From the NCBI RefSeq assembly GCF_009914755.1, contig NC_060935.1: a stretch of 64,000 nt of DNA. One strand, given 5' to 3'. The translations under genes were made by a program, and so were the position numbers. Below the pieces are notes generated by a model. That model saw only the letters and a list, made by a program, of their open reading frames with translations. It was not told the origin of the DNA and made no database searches. Below are positions 48,339-62,009 of this stretch, one piece after another. How positions within the stretch are numbered: position 1 is the first letter of the stretch; each line of letters starts with the position of its first letter. Source of the DNA: the human T2T-CHM13v2.0 reference genome, Homo sapiens.

Positions 48339-48650
48339 TTGCAATTCCTTGCCTCCACTGTGAGACAAACCCCAGCCATATCTCCAGCACAGAAGAACTT
48401 CCAAATGCCTGAACTGCGGCGGCCAGGCATTCCTCCAGGCCTGCGTCCCCCAGGAGCTTGCTACAAGTGCCGGAAATCTGGCCACTGGGCCAAGGAATGC
48501 CCGCAGCCCGGGATTCCTCCTAAGCCATGTCCCATCTGTGCAGGACCCCACTGGAAATTGGACTGTTCAACTCACCTGGCAGCCACTCCCAGAGCCCCTG
48601 GAACTCTGGCCCAAGGCTCTCTGACTCCTTCCCAGATCTTCTTGGCTTAG
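48339..48650 (+). pseudogene. gag: HERV-H gag nucleocapsid remnant
   Basis: Zinc knuckles CYKCRKSGHWAKEC and CPICAGPHWKLDC. Confidence 0.88.
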
Positions 48651-48713
48651 CGGCTGACGATCGACGCTGCCTGATTGCCTCGGAAGCTTCCTGGACCATC
48701 ACAGATGCTTTAG

Positions 48714-51620
48714 GTGACTCTCACAGTGGAGGTCAAGTCCGTCCCCTTCTTAATCAATACGAAGGCTACCCACTCCACATTACCTTCTTTTCAAGGGCCT
48801 GTTTCCTTTGCCTCCATAACTGTTGCGGGTATTGACGGCCAGGCTTCTAAACCTCTTAAAACTCCCCAACTCTGGTGTCAGCTTAGACAATACTCTTTTA
48901 AGCACTCCTTTTAGTTATCTCCACCTGCCCAGTTCCCTTATTAGGCCGAGACACTTTAACTAAATTATCTGCTTCCCTGATTATTCCTGGGCTACAGCCA
49001 CACCTCACTGCCACCTTTTCCCCCAGTTCAAAGCCTCCTTTACATTTTCCCCTTGTATCTCCCCACCTTAACCCACAAGTATAGGACACCTCTACTCCCT
49101 CCTTGGTGACTGATCATGCACCCTTTACCATCTCATTAAAACCTAATCACCTTTACCCCACTCAAGGCCAATATCCCATCCCGCAGCACGCTTTAAAAGG
49201 ATTAAAGCTTTGTTATCACTGGCCTGCTACAGCATGGTCTTTTACAGCCTAAAACTCTCCTTACAATTCCCCCATTTTACCTGTCCTAAAACCAGACAAG
49301 CCTTACAGGTTAGTTCAGGATCTGCCCCTTATCAACCAAATTGTTTTCCCTATCCACCCCATGGTGCCAAACCCATATACTCTCCTATCCTCAATACCTC
49401 TCTCCACAACCCGTTATTCTGTTCTGGATCTCAAACATGCTTTCTTTACTATTCTTTTGCACCCTTCATCCCAGCCTCTCTTTGCTTTCACTTGTACTGA
49501 CCCTGACACCCATCAGGCTTAGCAAATTACCTAGGCTGTACTGCTGCAAGGCTACACAGACAGCTCCCATTACTTCAGTCAAGCCCAAATTTCTTCCTCA
49601 TCTGTTACCTATCTCGGCATAATTCTCATAAAAACACATGTGCTCTCCCTGCAGATCGTGTCTGACTGATCTCTCAAACCCCAACACCTTCTACAAAACA
49701 CAACTCCTTTCCTTCCTAGGCATGGTTGGATACTTTCAACTTTAGATACCTGGTTTTGCCATCGTAATAAAACCATTACATAAACTCACAAAAGGAAACC
49801 TAGCTGACCCCATAGATCCTAAATCCTTTCCCCACTCCTCTTTCTGTTGCTTGAAAACAGCTTTAGAGACTGCCCTCACCCTAGCTCTCCCTGACTTATC
49901 CCAACACTTCATTACCCACAGCTGAAGTGCAGGGCTGTGCAGGCAGAATTCTTACACAAGGACTGGGACCATGCCCTGTAGCCTTTTTATCCTAGGCAAA
50001 ACTTGACCTTACTCTTTTGCCTAGCCCTCAATTCTGCGTGCAGCCGCTGCCGCCCTAATACTTTTAGAGGCCCTTAAAATCACAAACTGTGCTCAACTTA
50101 CTCTCTACAGTTCTCGTAACTTCCAAAATCTATTTTCTTCCTCACACCTGACACATATACTTTCTGCTCCCCCGGCTCCTTCAGCTGTACTCACTCTTTG
50201 TTGAGTCTCCCACAATTACCATTGTTCCTGGCCTGGACTTCAATCCGGCCTCCCACATTATTCCTGATACCACACCTGACTCCCATGACTGTATCTCTCT
50301 GATCCACCTGACATTCCCTCCATATCCCCATATTCTTTCATGTTCCTCACCCTGAACACACTTGGTTTATTGATGGCAGTTCCACCAGGCCTAATCGCCA
50401 CTCACCAGCAAAGGCAGGCTATGCTATAGTATCTTCCACATCTATCATTGAAGCTACCACTCTGCCCCACTCCACTACCTCTCAGCAAGCTGAACTCATT
50501 GCCTTAAGTCAAGCCCTCACTCTTGCAAAAGGACTACACATCAATATTTATACTGACTCTAAATATGCTTTCCATATCCTGCACCACCATGCAAGAGGTT
50601 TCCTCACTACAGAAGGGTCCTCTATCATTAATGCCTCTTTAATAAAAACGCTTCTCAAAGCCGCTTTACTTCCAAAGGAAGCTAGAGTCATTCACTGCAA
50701 AGGACATCAAAAGGCACCAGATCCCATTGCTCAGGACAATGCTTATGCCGGTAAGATAGCTAAAAAAGCAGCTAGTGTTCCAACTTATATCCCTCACTTT
50801 CAGTTTTTTTCCTTCTCATCTGGCCACTCCCACATACTCCCCCACTGAAACTTCCACCTATCAATCTCTTCCCACACAAGGCAAATGGTTCTTAGACCAA
50901 GGAAAATATCTCCTTCCAGCCTCACAGGCCCATTCTATTCTGTCGTCATTTCATAACCTCTTCCATGTAGGTTACAAGCCACTAGTCCGTCTCTTAGAAT
51001 CTCTCATTTCCTTTCCATCATGAAAATCTGTCCTCAAGGAAATCACTTCTCAGTGCTCCATCTGCAATTCTACTACTCCTCAGGGATTATTCAGGCCCCC
51101 TCCCTTCCCTACACATCAAGCTCTGGGATTTGCCCCCACCCAGGACTGGCAAATTGACTTTATGCAACATACCCTGAGTCAGGAAACTAAAATACCTCTT
51201 GGTCTGGGTAGACACTTTCACTGGATAGGTAGAGGCCTTTCCCACAGGGTCTGAAAAGGCCACCACGGTCATTTCTGCCCTTCTGTCTGACATAATTCCT
51301 CGGTTTGGCCTTCTCACTTCTATACAGTCCTATAACAGACTGGCCTTTACTAGTCAAATCACCCAAGCAGTTTCTCAGGCTCTTGGTATTCAGTGGAAAC
51401 TTCCTACCCCTTACCATCCTCAATCTTCAGGAAAGGCAGAACAGACTAATGGTCTTTTAAAGACACACCTCACCAAGCCCAGCCTCCAACTTAAAAAGGA
51501 CTGGACAGTACTTTTACCTCTTTCCCTTCTCATAATTCAGGCCTGTCCTCGGAATGCTACAAAGTACAGCCCATTTAAGCTCCTGTATAGACCCTCCTTT
51601 TTATTAGGCCCCAACCTCAT
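48714..51620 (+). pseudogene. pol: HERV-H pro-pol remnant (protease, RT, RNase H, integrase)
   Basis: FLINTKATHSTL (active-site DTG lost), YRLVQDL ~49304, VLDLKHAFF ~49420, WFIDGSS 50363, WQIDF 51147; multiple frameshifts and stops. Confidence 0.88.
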
Positions 51621-52217
51621 TCCAGACACCAGACCAACTTGGACTGTGCCCCAAAAAACTTGTCATCCCTACTGTCTTCTGTCTAGCCATACTTCTATTC
51701 ACTGCTCTCAACTACTCATAAATGCCCTGCTCTTGTTTACACTGCCCATTTACACTGTTTCTCCAAGCCTTCACAGCTGACATCTCCTGGTCCTATCCCC
51801 AAACCGCCACTCTAAAGTCCCTCTTAAAGTAAATAATCTTTGCTGGCAGGGCTATGCTGAACCTCCTTAGGCACTCTGGTTAGATGTCCTAGGTCCTCCC
51901 AATTCTTAGTCCTTTAATACCTGTTTTTCTCCTTGTCTTATTCCGTTTAGTTTTTCAATTCATACAAAACCGCATCCAGGCCATCACCAATAATTCTATA
52001 CGACAAATATTTCTTCTAACAACCCCACAATATCACCCCTTACCACAAAATCTTCCTTCAGCTTAATCTCTCCCACTCTAGGTTCCCACGCCGCCCCTAA
52101 TCCCGCTTGAAGCAGCCCTGAGAAACATCGCCCATTATCTCTCCATACCACCCCAAAAAAATTTTCACCGCCCCAACACTTCGCTATTTTATTTTTCTTA
52201 TTAATAGAAGACAGGAA

Positions 52218-52634
52218 TGTCAGGTGTCTGAGCCAAAGCTAAGCCATCACATCCCCTGTGACCTGCACATAAACATCCAGATGGCCAGTTCCTGCCTTAA
52301 CTGATGACATTCCACCACAAAAGAAGTGAAAATGGCCTGTTCCTGCCTAAACTGATGACATTACCTTGTGAAATTCCTTTTCCTGGCTCATCCTGGCTCA
52401 AAAGCTCCCCCACTGAACACCTTGTGACCCCCACCCCTGCCAGCCAGAGAATAACCCCCCCGATTTGACTGTAATTTTCCTTTACCTACCCAAATCTTAT
52501 AAAACGGCCCCACCCCTGTCTCCCTTCGCTGACTCTCTTTTCGGACTCAGCCCGCCTGCACCCAGGTGAAATAAACAGCCTTGTTGCTCACACAAAGCCT
52601 GTTTGGTGGTCTCTTCACATGGACGCGCGTGAAA
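52218..52634 (+). promoter_or_regulatory. 3' LTR7 (U3 repeat structure differs from the 5' LTR)
   Basis: Preceded by PPT agaagacaggaa; TATAAAA 52498, AATAAA 52569. Confidence 0.93.
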
Positions 52635-53961
52635 TTTGGTGCTGTGACTTGGATCGAGGGGACCTCCCTTGGGAGATCAATCCCCTCTCCTCCTGCTCTT
52701 TGCTCCGTGAGAAAGATCCACCTACGACCTTGTTGCTCACATAAAGCCTGTTTGGTGGTCTCTTCACATGGATGCAAGTGAAAGGGATATTTTAGAGTTT
52801 TCCATATTTATAGAAAAATTCACCGTCTGGGCCAAATGTAGGTTAAAATTTGGTTTTTACTACAGTGAATTCAAAGGTCCAGAGACCACAAAGGTAAAAA
52901 GCAGTCAACAGCTTTTTCACACAGTTCTCTTTCTACAGTCAAATTCAAATAATATTTAAATACATTCTGCCCTGCGTTTTACAACCTTCCATCTAACACT
53001 TTGTTCAATGAACAAAACAGTTCTGGGTCCAGCAGCAAATAAGCAAAAATCCTGAGCTACATTCTTCAAATAGTACATGTGAATATGTTTTTCATATGTT
53101 TAAGGTACTGATGCAGACAGCTAAAGGAATGCCAGCACCGAACTTGACCTACCTTGCTTATAACAATGAATTACCCTTTATGTAAGTATCCTTCTTTTTA
53201 TAAATAGAAAAAACTGTGACATTGTCAATGGTAGCAAATACTGTACCCATGAGAGAGGTTTGTCCCTCTGATGATTTCCTCAAAATAGGAAGGAAGAGGA
53301 AATCCATATAGGACCTTATAAGTTATTTATTCTAACATTTTAATCTTTCCCTAATGGTAAAAGGAACACTGGAGAAACTCAACCTAAAGCTACAAGATCC
53401 TTATCTAAGTCCCTCCCACTTTGTTTCTATTTCTGTTTCTGTCTTTCTCTGGGGCATGATTGTACGTATGCCTACTCATGCACTCATGCACCTACGTACA
53501 CATGCACTTTCCACTGGAAGGTGAAGGAAAGGAAAAGAGTGTATTGTATAATTCCTAGAAAGCTAATTTTATTTTTAAGGATAAAAAGTTTTACTAGAAA
53601 GAATAAGGTGACAGAATTGCTTTTTGAAATATGTATTGCTTTTTCCCCTAGAATTTACTTTTTTGTCAGTCTTTCATCTAGCTCCTTGTAGCAATCTAAG
53701 AATATTCTTCTCTGATTCTTGTTCCAGTTAAGATGAAATAACCACCCTCTACTCTGTTTTTCTCACAGAGTATAGCTGCAAAACCTGGATAGAATGCATA
53801 GATCAACTAGTTGAAGGCTCTGAAATATAATTAGTAACAGGAAGGTTGAGGAAGAAGACCAGAATTCAAAGTTCCACCAAACTGGTTACATTTTTTTTCT
53901 GCCTGTCTTCCTGCTGCCTGGCTCCAGATGGAGGTGCAGTTGTAGAAATATACAGCAAAGG

Positions 53962-54186
53962 AGGGCTGGAATTAGGTTGAGGAAGTGAGGCTGGGTAGTA
54001 AAGTGCAGAGCTGGATCCTGTCTTTACTTAAATTGCAACATTTTGTTCATTATAAATTTTCACATTAATTTTGATTTTTTAAAATATCGCATTAAAATTT
54101 TACTTATCTATTGAATGTTTTGGTACCCTCTTAATTTCTGTACCCAAGAAATGTGCCTCACTTTTTTCACCCTGGTCTTGGCCCTG
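53962..54186. mobile_element. MER96-like hAT MITE
   Basis: Imperfect TIRs agggctggaattaggttgaggaagtgagg / cctcacttttttcaccctggtcttggccctg. Confidence 0.6.
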
Positions 54187-54833
54187 CAATGGAGTAGGAT
54201 AACTAAAGCCCCATCTTTCCTGCTGGAGGGCCTAAAAAGTGATCCCCAGGGTACTGGAAACTGACAAAGAGATTAAGGATAAAAAGTAGCTGAGAAATGT
54301 GAGCCCATGCAAATTGTACATGAAATGCTAGGCAGTACATGCATAGATCTGATTCTAATCAGCACCTCCAAATCCTTGACAACTGAGTGGTGACATACAT
54401 CACCACCTAGGTCCACCATACTAGGTGGAGCACAAGCAGGACGGATAGAAGCAAAGGCTTTGAAAACTCAACTGACATTGGAACAATAGACAACCCCCAC
54501 AGAAGGTGAAACTGAACTTGCAGCCGGAACCTAACAAAAAAAAAAAAGTCAACATTTTGTATGCTGTTTAAACAGGATACAGTCAAAAATTAGTCATCAT
54601 GTGAAAAACAAGGAGAATCTCAACTTACATGGGAAAAAGCAATCAACAGATGCCAAGACTGAGATAGCACAGATGTTGAAATTATCTGACAAAGTCTATA
54701 AAGCAGGCATTATAAAATTGTCCCAATATGGAATTTTGAAACCTTTTGAAACAAAAAATAGAAAGTTTCAGCAAAGTATTAGAACCATAGGAATAACTAA
54801 ATGACAGTTTAGAGCTAAAAAATATAATAACTA

Positions 54834-55295
<462 letters not shown>

Positions 55296-55895
55296 CTATA
55301 GGTCAAAAGCAAGATGTCTAATATTTATGCTGTCCGTCCCAAAAAGTGAAGAGGAAGAGTTTGGTGCTGAAAATATAGTTGAATTAATAATGCCTGAAAA
55401 CCTTCCAAATATTTTGGTATACGGCCCTATGAAATTTAATGTATGCATTGAATCATATAAAAACCACTACAAAAAGGTAACAATAGAACTGGATTTCAAC
55501 CCTAGGTCTTTTTCACTCAAAAGCTTACTTAGGTCTTGTTCATATGCTTCCTTAGGTCTGTATTTGAATTTTATCAAATAGATACTCTCTTTTTTAAAAT
55601 GTGAAGAAAAAAGTATCTCATAATTTCCTCCATTCTCAAAAGTTCCTGACATTGAACTATCAATGCTACATTAATGACTATGCTCCTGGCAGTTTCCCTC
55701 AAAGCTGTTTTCTAATAGATGAAAATCTTCAGTGACCTAGAAGAAATTGAGGCCACCTTTGACAGCAAGGAATCTTTCAGTTTGTGGAGTCTCTTTACTT
55801 GCTGGGCATTTGGCTGACCAAAAATAAAAAGTGGGGTGGAGGTTAATACAAATTTTTATACCTCTCATTACTGCCTCCCAGGGCAGAAGGAAAAA

Positions 55896-55900
<5 letters not shown>

Positions 55901-55950
<50 letters not shown>

Positions 55951-56513
55951 TATATATATGATATATATGTTATATATGTTATATATATGTTGTGTGTGTA
56001 TATATAATATATATACACATATATATGGAATATATATAATATATACATATATGGAATATATATATTATATATATACACATATATATGGAATATATATTAT
56101 ATATATACACATATATATGGAATATATATATTATATATACAATATATATGGAATATATATATACACACATATATATGGAATATATATATACACACATATA
56201 TATGGAATATATATATACACACATATATATGGAATATATATATACACACATATATATGGAATATATATATACACACACATATATATGGAATATATATATA
56301 CACACATATATATGGAATATATATATACACACACATATATATGGAATATATATATACACACACATATATATGGAATATATATATATACACACACATATAT
56401 ATGGAATATATATATATACACACACATATATATGGAATATATATATATACACACATATATATGGAATATATATATATACACACATATATATGGAATATAT
56501 ATATATATTCCAT
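55901..56513. repeat. (TA)n followed by a 27-31 bp VNTR (atatatggaatatatatatacacac), about 17 units
   Basis: ggaa recurs about 17 times from 56027 to 56492. Confidence 0.95.
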
Positions 56514-56927
56514 GCCTTCTGTTCATGTCCTGGAAAATTATCAGATGAACATGAAAGTCATCAGACAGCTGTGCGTCCAGTGAGAAAGATGCATTTATAA
56601 AAACCAATAGGAGCTTCTCTCATACTGGGAAATAAAAGTTAAAACCAAATAAAATCAGGAGGTTGGGGCCATGAGACAAAAAGCAGAAAATTTAAATGAA
56701 TTTTATCAAAAGCCTTGATACGCAGTGACTTGCCAAGGACAAATAGCTACTTTAGTTCTTAACCAGGTGCACTGTTAGGAGAAAGGACTTAAGCTTTTTT
56801 TTTTTTTTTATTTTTTCCTCATAGCAAAGTCACTGGCCAGGTGGAAAAGAAAATGTTTGAATGAATAAGATGAGAAAGGCATTCTTACTTATGTCATTGC
56901 TGCTCATACAGCAAGAAAAGATCATGC

Positions 56928-57140
56928 AGCATGTAGTGTAAAGAGTACAAATTTTGAAACCAGATAGAATTTTTTGCACATCTCACATTTTCCTTTTAAC
57001 TTGTATGTGAACTTGCCAAGTCATTAAACCTGCCTTGATCTCATGTTCACGAACTGCGAAGAATGAAGATGTTATGCCCGCATCACCTGACTGTTGTAAG
57101 GATTAATGCATATAAAGCACACACCCAGCCACATCTCTAA
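56928..57140 (+). mobile_element. MIR
   Basis: tgtgaacttgccaagtcattaaacc ... gttgtaaggattaa. Confidence 0.6.
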
Positions 57141-58090
57141 GAACTTAGCTATTATGAAGAATAAGAGATAGAAACTCAAGTCTGAATGACAGATAACATT
57201 TTTCTTGCATGTAGAGTAACAGTCCCTCTAACTGGCCTTCCATCTTCATCTTGTTTTTTTGAGGCTTGAAGAACCAGGCTAGGATGAACCAGGTCTCCTT
57301 GACTTGACAACATTTCTGGGTAGTTTTCTGCATTCTAACAGCCTCAAGTTTTATGTATAAGATGGAAAAATAAAACATGTAATACTTCAATTAACTTTGA
57401 CACACCTCAGTGAAGCAATTAAGTAACTTGGAGTATTAGTTTGAATTTTAGCAAAAAACCCAAAGGGAAGCAAATATTAACCTGGGAATGCGCCCAACAT
57501 GGTTTTAATGCTGAGAACTGTATAGCTGATTCAGCTCATCTGGGATTTAGTAAGCTTCTACTGGATGTGACATAATCTCTGTCTTCCAACTGCCTAAACC
57601 AAATCCAAGGAGTCAGAAATCTCACTAGATATTCCAGTGTGATAAATCCAGTAATGGAAAGATATACAAGGGACATTAAGGAGGCCACTAACTTTGTTCA
57701 GGGTGATAGATGTGCTTCACAGGGAAAGTAACATCTGAGCACAAAGATATATACGGTTTTCACATTTGAGGTGGGAACAGGTTTCCCAAGAAAGGACAGC
57801 TTGCACAAAGATACAGAACCCAGTAATTGCACAGCGTTATCAGGAGATCTCCTTAAGTCTACCATGGTCCTAAGACAAAGCCTTGGGCATGAGAATTCAT
57901 TTCCCTAGAGTCAGAGTTGTCTGGTTCTAAATTTCACACAAGTGGATATAATGTAGGGAATAATATGTAGACAAAAAAAATCTAGGTAGACTATTTGATC
58001 TTGGGCAAACCACCCAGAACATTAGTTTCCTCATCTGTAAGTAACCACTTAACACTGGCTATTGAGAATTTACTGATATTAAGATACCTG

Positions 58091-58259
58091 TTAGCATGAT
58101 ACGGTGGCATGTGACTGCAGTACCAGCTATTCAAGAGGCTGAAGTAAGAGGCTGGCTTGAGCCCAGGAGTTCAAGGCTCTAGTGCACTATCATCATGCCT
58201 GTGAACAGCTACTGCACACCAGCACAGGCAACATAGTGAGATGCCCATCTCTTTAAAAA
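58091..58259 (+). mobile_element. FAM fossil Alu monomer
   Basis: Monomer retaining the 7SL-like gcctgtgaacagctactgcac segment. Confidence 0.75.
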
Positions 58260-59525
58260 GATAATTAAATAAATAGTATTTAAACTGTAAAACATACAGA
58301 TGTCAATTATTATTACAGATATTTCTTTTGATATTATAATTTGTAAATCATCAACATTAGATTAACCTTAAATAGCAATATTCATAAAGCAACAGATACA
58401 CAGTAACATGAATAATATGAGTATGTAATGCATGGCTGCCACTAAAATGTTCTTAGAGTTGAGATAGGTATGAAGAGATCTGGGGACTTTTGAATCACTT
58501 TCAAAATGTTTAGTGACTAGGAAGAGAAAATCAATCACATATTATTACATTCTATCTGCAAAGTGTAGAGGAAAAGCTTTATCATGAAAGAGGTACTGTG
58601 ATAGAAAAACTAAAACAAGTCAACAAAGAGTATGGTGCTTGAATACATGGACTATTTAAAAAACATGAAAATATAAAGCAGTTTTCAAGCTGGGAAAACT
58701 TGGCCAAAGGATTGTGTGGAATAAGAAGTAAAAACCATGCAGCTACCCAGGAAGAATGAAGGAAAACGAAAGATGAACAAGGCAGCAAATCTTCAGCATG
58801 AGAAATTTAACACTTAAACTGCAGCAACTCAGAGTAGGAGGCACCGGAAACTTTGAAAGAAAGAACTACTGCAATGAGACAATTAAAAGGAGGCCCTGGT
58901 GATCTAATGATGAATACAACTTGTTTAGTTTAGTTTAGTTGAGCTTTGTTTTGCTTTGCTTTTGAGGGCCCTCATACTGCTACTTAGGTGCCATTTTAGA
59001 ATGCATGTATTTTTTTCTTTCGTGTGTGTGTGTGTGTGGTGGGGGCAGTTTATACATAATAATTTTGCTTTTGTGTAATTATTTTTAGCTCTCCTCTGGA
59101 TTATGACTCCCTGTAAAAGCTTGTTCATCATCTGATTAGTATGGTAATGAAGAACAGCAAATTATTGTATTCATTGATTTATTTGTTCTTTCATTCTATT
59201 AACCAATCAAGCCTACTTTATGCCAGGCTGGATATTACAGATACAAAGGTGACTAAGGGAGCCACACTGTTTGTCTTCAGGATGCCTATATGGGAATGGA
59301 AGAAGATGTCTAACTGAGAAGACAATACCAGGAATGTTAATAGCTGCTCTGGCAGGAGATGTAGAGTGTTATAGAAATCATGTGCTGGTATTTCTTGTGT
59401 GGTGTGGAGTAGGAGTAGGTCAAAATGAGGATTGTCAGGGAAGTCTTCGGGAACTAAATGCAGTTCTAAATGGTGGGGAGTTTTTTCATTCAAAACGTTT
59501 ATTGAGGACTTAAATTGTCATGAGG

Positions 59526-59898
<373 letters not shown>

Positions 59899-60349
59899 CT
59901 ACCAAATCACCAAACCTAATATATTAATGCTTATCTCCCAGTTTCTTCAGTGATTCCTGTGTTCACTCGGTGAATATATAATGAGTATCAATGGCTTCTA
60001 TGGCCAGGTACTAGGTATGAGTCCTAAACAAGACTGACCTGATCCCTTCCTTCATCCAGTTTAAATGCAGCTGATCTAAAAACTTCACTGTACCACTGGA
60101 GAGACACTTACACTAAGAGGAACACTGATCAAAAGTTAGAAGTGGAGACGTTTTCTTCCCTGAGACAAGCATGCACAGAAAGTGAGCTAAAAACATCCTG
60201 AGAAATCATTTTGCTCTTTCCTCTGCCTGCACAAAGGACACAGGCATTCAACCAGATATTCGTGGGTGGAATTTGCCCTCCCAATTCCCAGAACCATGCA
60301 TCCTCATTTGAAGGCCTCATTAGACCTGAATAGTCCTAATACATGAAGG

Positions 60350-60575
60350 CAAGAGCATGGTTGAAGACAAGCAGATCTAGGTTGAAATCCCAGCCCTGAA
60401 GCTCCATACCTGTGCCATCCTGAATAAATGCTTGATTTTCCTGGGCCTTACTTTCATTAGTCTATCAAAAAAAAAAAATGAGGGAAAATGCACCTATCTT
60501 GTGAAGTTGCCGTGATTCAATTAGCTAATCGAAATAAAGAAGCACACAGCATGTAGTGTTCAATAAATGTTGTTT
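60350..60575 (+). mobile_element. MIR
   Basis: ctaggttgaaatcccagccct ... gtagtgttcaataaatgtt. Confidence 0.6.
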
Positions 60576-60905
60576 CCTTATGCTGCAAGGTCCTGTCCAA
60601 ATGTTAACTCCTGTATTAAAGCATTCTTAATTTCCCTCGGCAGAGTAGGGAGCTCGGAGGTCTTGTCTAGTGTTCTCATCTTCACATGAATACAATTTTT
60701 AAAAACTATGTTACAAAAGTTTTTAGCCTGTGTGTTTCCTCCATTAAGCTACAAACTCTTTGAGGGTGGGGAATTTGTTATCTGTACCTGTGCAGCCCCA
60801 GCCCTAGTTCATTGCTTAGGATCTTTTATCTGTTCTTCTTCATCTCTACCCCCTGCAAAATTACCCTGACTTTCCCCATTAACAGGAGGTAAAAATAACA
60901 GGGGG

Positions 60906-62009
60906 TTAGGGAATTCCTTGGAGCATCCTCACAAATGAAAAAAAATTGCTTGGAAAATCCCTGCATCAGCTAGAGGTACTTACCCGCAGCGCAAGTTCCT
61001 ATAAATCTGCAGGTGAGTGGCCATGTATTTTTGACAGCCAAAACAAGAAGGAAATGTGAATATTTACATGACCTGATGTGCAAAAGGAAAAGATAAACCA
61101 GAGGCATTAGGGAAGCATAATTATCTTTGGTATTAAAACCAGAGAATCATTTCTCTGGGGCCTCACACAGAGGATACTTTAATTTAATTAACAATACCTC
61201 CAAGAGCATCTTTACAATACATATGACCCACAACAAAAAGACCATAACCATGAAATCTAGGGACATTCCTGCTGGTTATTTGCAATGTAGAGATAGATTT
61301 TATAATACCTAGAGGAACAAATGAACAGTATAATCTTCAGACAGTCCTCCTTAAACATTGTTTTCTCAGAGCCAGTTCAACATGTATAGAGGGAGCATCT
61401 GCAACTTTGAGAATCTACTTCCTGAAGAGTAGAGCTTAGTGGTAGTCTCTTCCTACAACAAACATGTGGCCTGCGTGGAGGTTTTTGATCTGCATAATTG
61501 ATGACTATTTAGAAACATTCCTGAAGAATAATACCTTCTCTAAGAAGTGAGGTTTAAGACATTACATAAAAGGGATGACTGCAGAACCAAGTGGATCCCA
61601 TCCCTCACATTAGCAAGAGGTATTGAAATAATTTCAAGGTATTCAAATAATTTCAGTAATTTCATGGTCCTGGCCTTTTTGTTGTGCATGATATTTACAG
61701 TAAAGATGCTCTTGTAGGCATTGTTAATTATATTAAACCTTATCCTCTGTTAGGCCCCAGAGAAATGATTCTCTGGTTTTAATACCAAGAGATAATTGTG
61801 CTTCTCTAATGTGTCTGGTTTGCCTTTTTCTTTTGCACATCAAGACATTAAATATTCACATTTCCTCCTTTCTTTGGGCTTCCAAAAATATGTGGCCACT
61901 CACCTGCAGATTTATAGGACTTGGCACTGCAGGTAAGTACCTCTAGCTGAGACAGAGATTTTCCAAGCAATTTTTTCCATTTGTGAGGATGCTCCAAGGG
62001 ATTCCCTAA
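60906..62009. repeat. Inverted repeat pair A (60906-61256) / A' (61659-62009)
   Basis: ttagggaattccttggagcatcctcacaaatg ... ccatgaaat is the reverse complement of atttcatgg ... catttgtgaggatgctccaagggattccctaa; roughly 80-90% identity by eye. Confidence 0.93.

Larger units (their letters stand above)
46409..52783 (+). mobile_element. HERV-H provirus (LTR7), common deleted type with env largely missing
   Basis: LTR-PBS(His)-gag-pro-pol-PPT-LTR; flanks gtgat (46404-46408) / gggat (52784-52788) as a 4/5 TSD. Confidence 0.96.

Noticed and set aside
55958-56607. Overlapping 80-196 aa repetitive ORFs on both strands
   Set aside because: Artefacts of the ggaatatata VNTR
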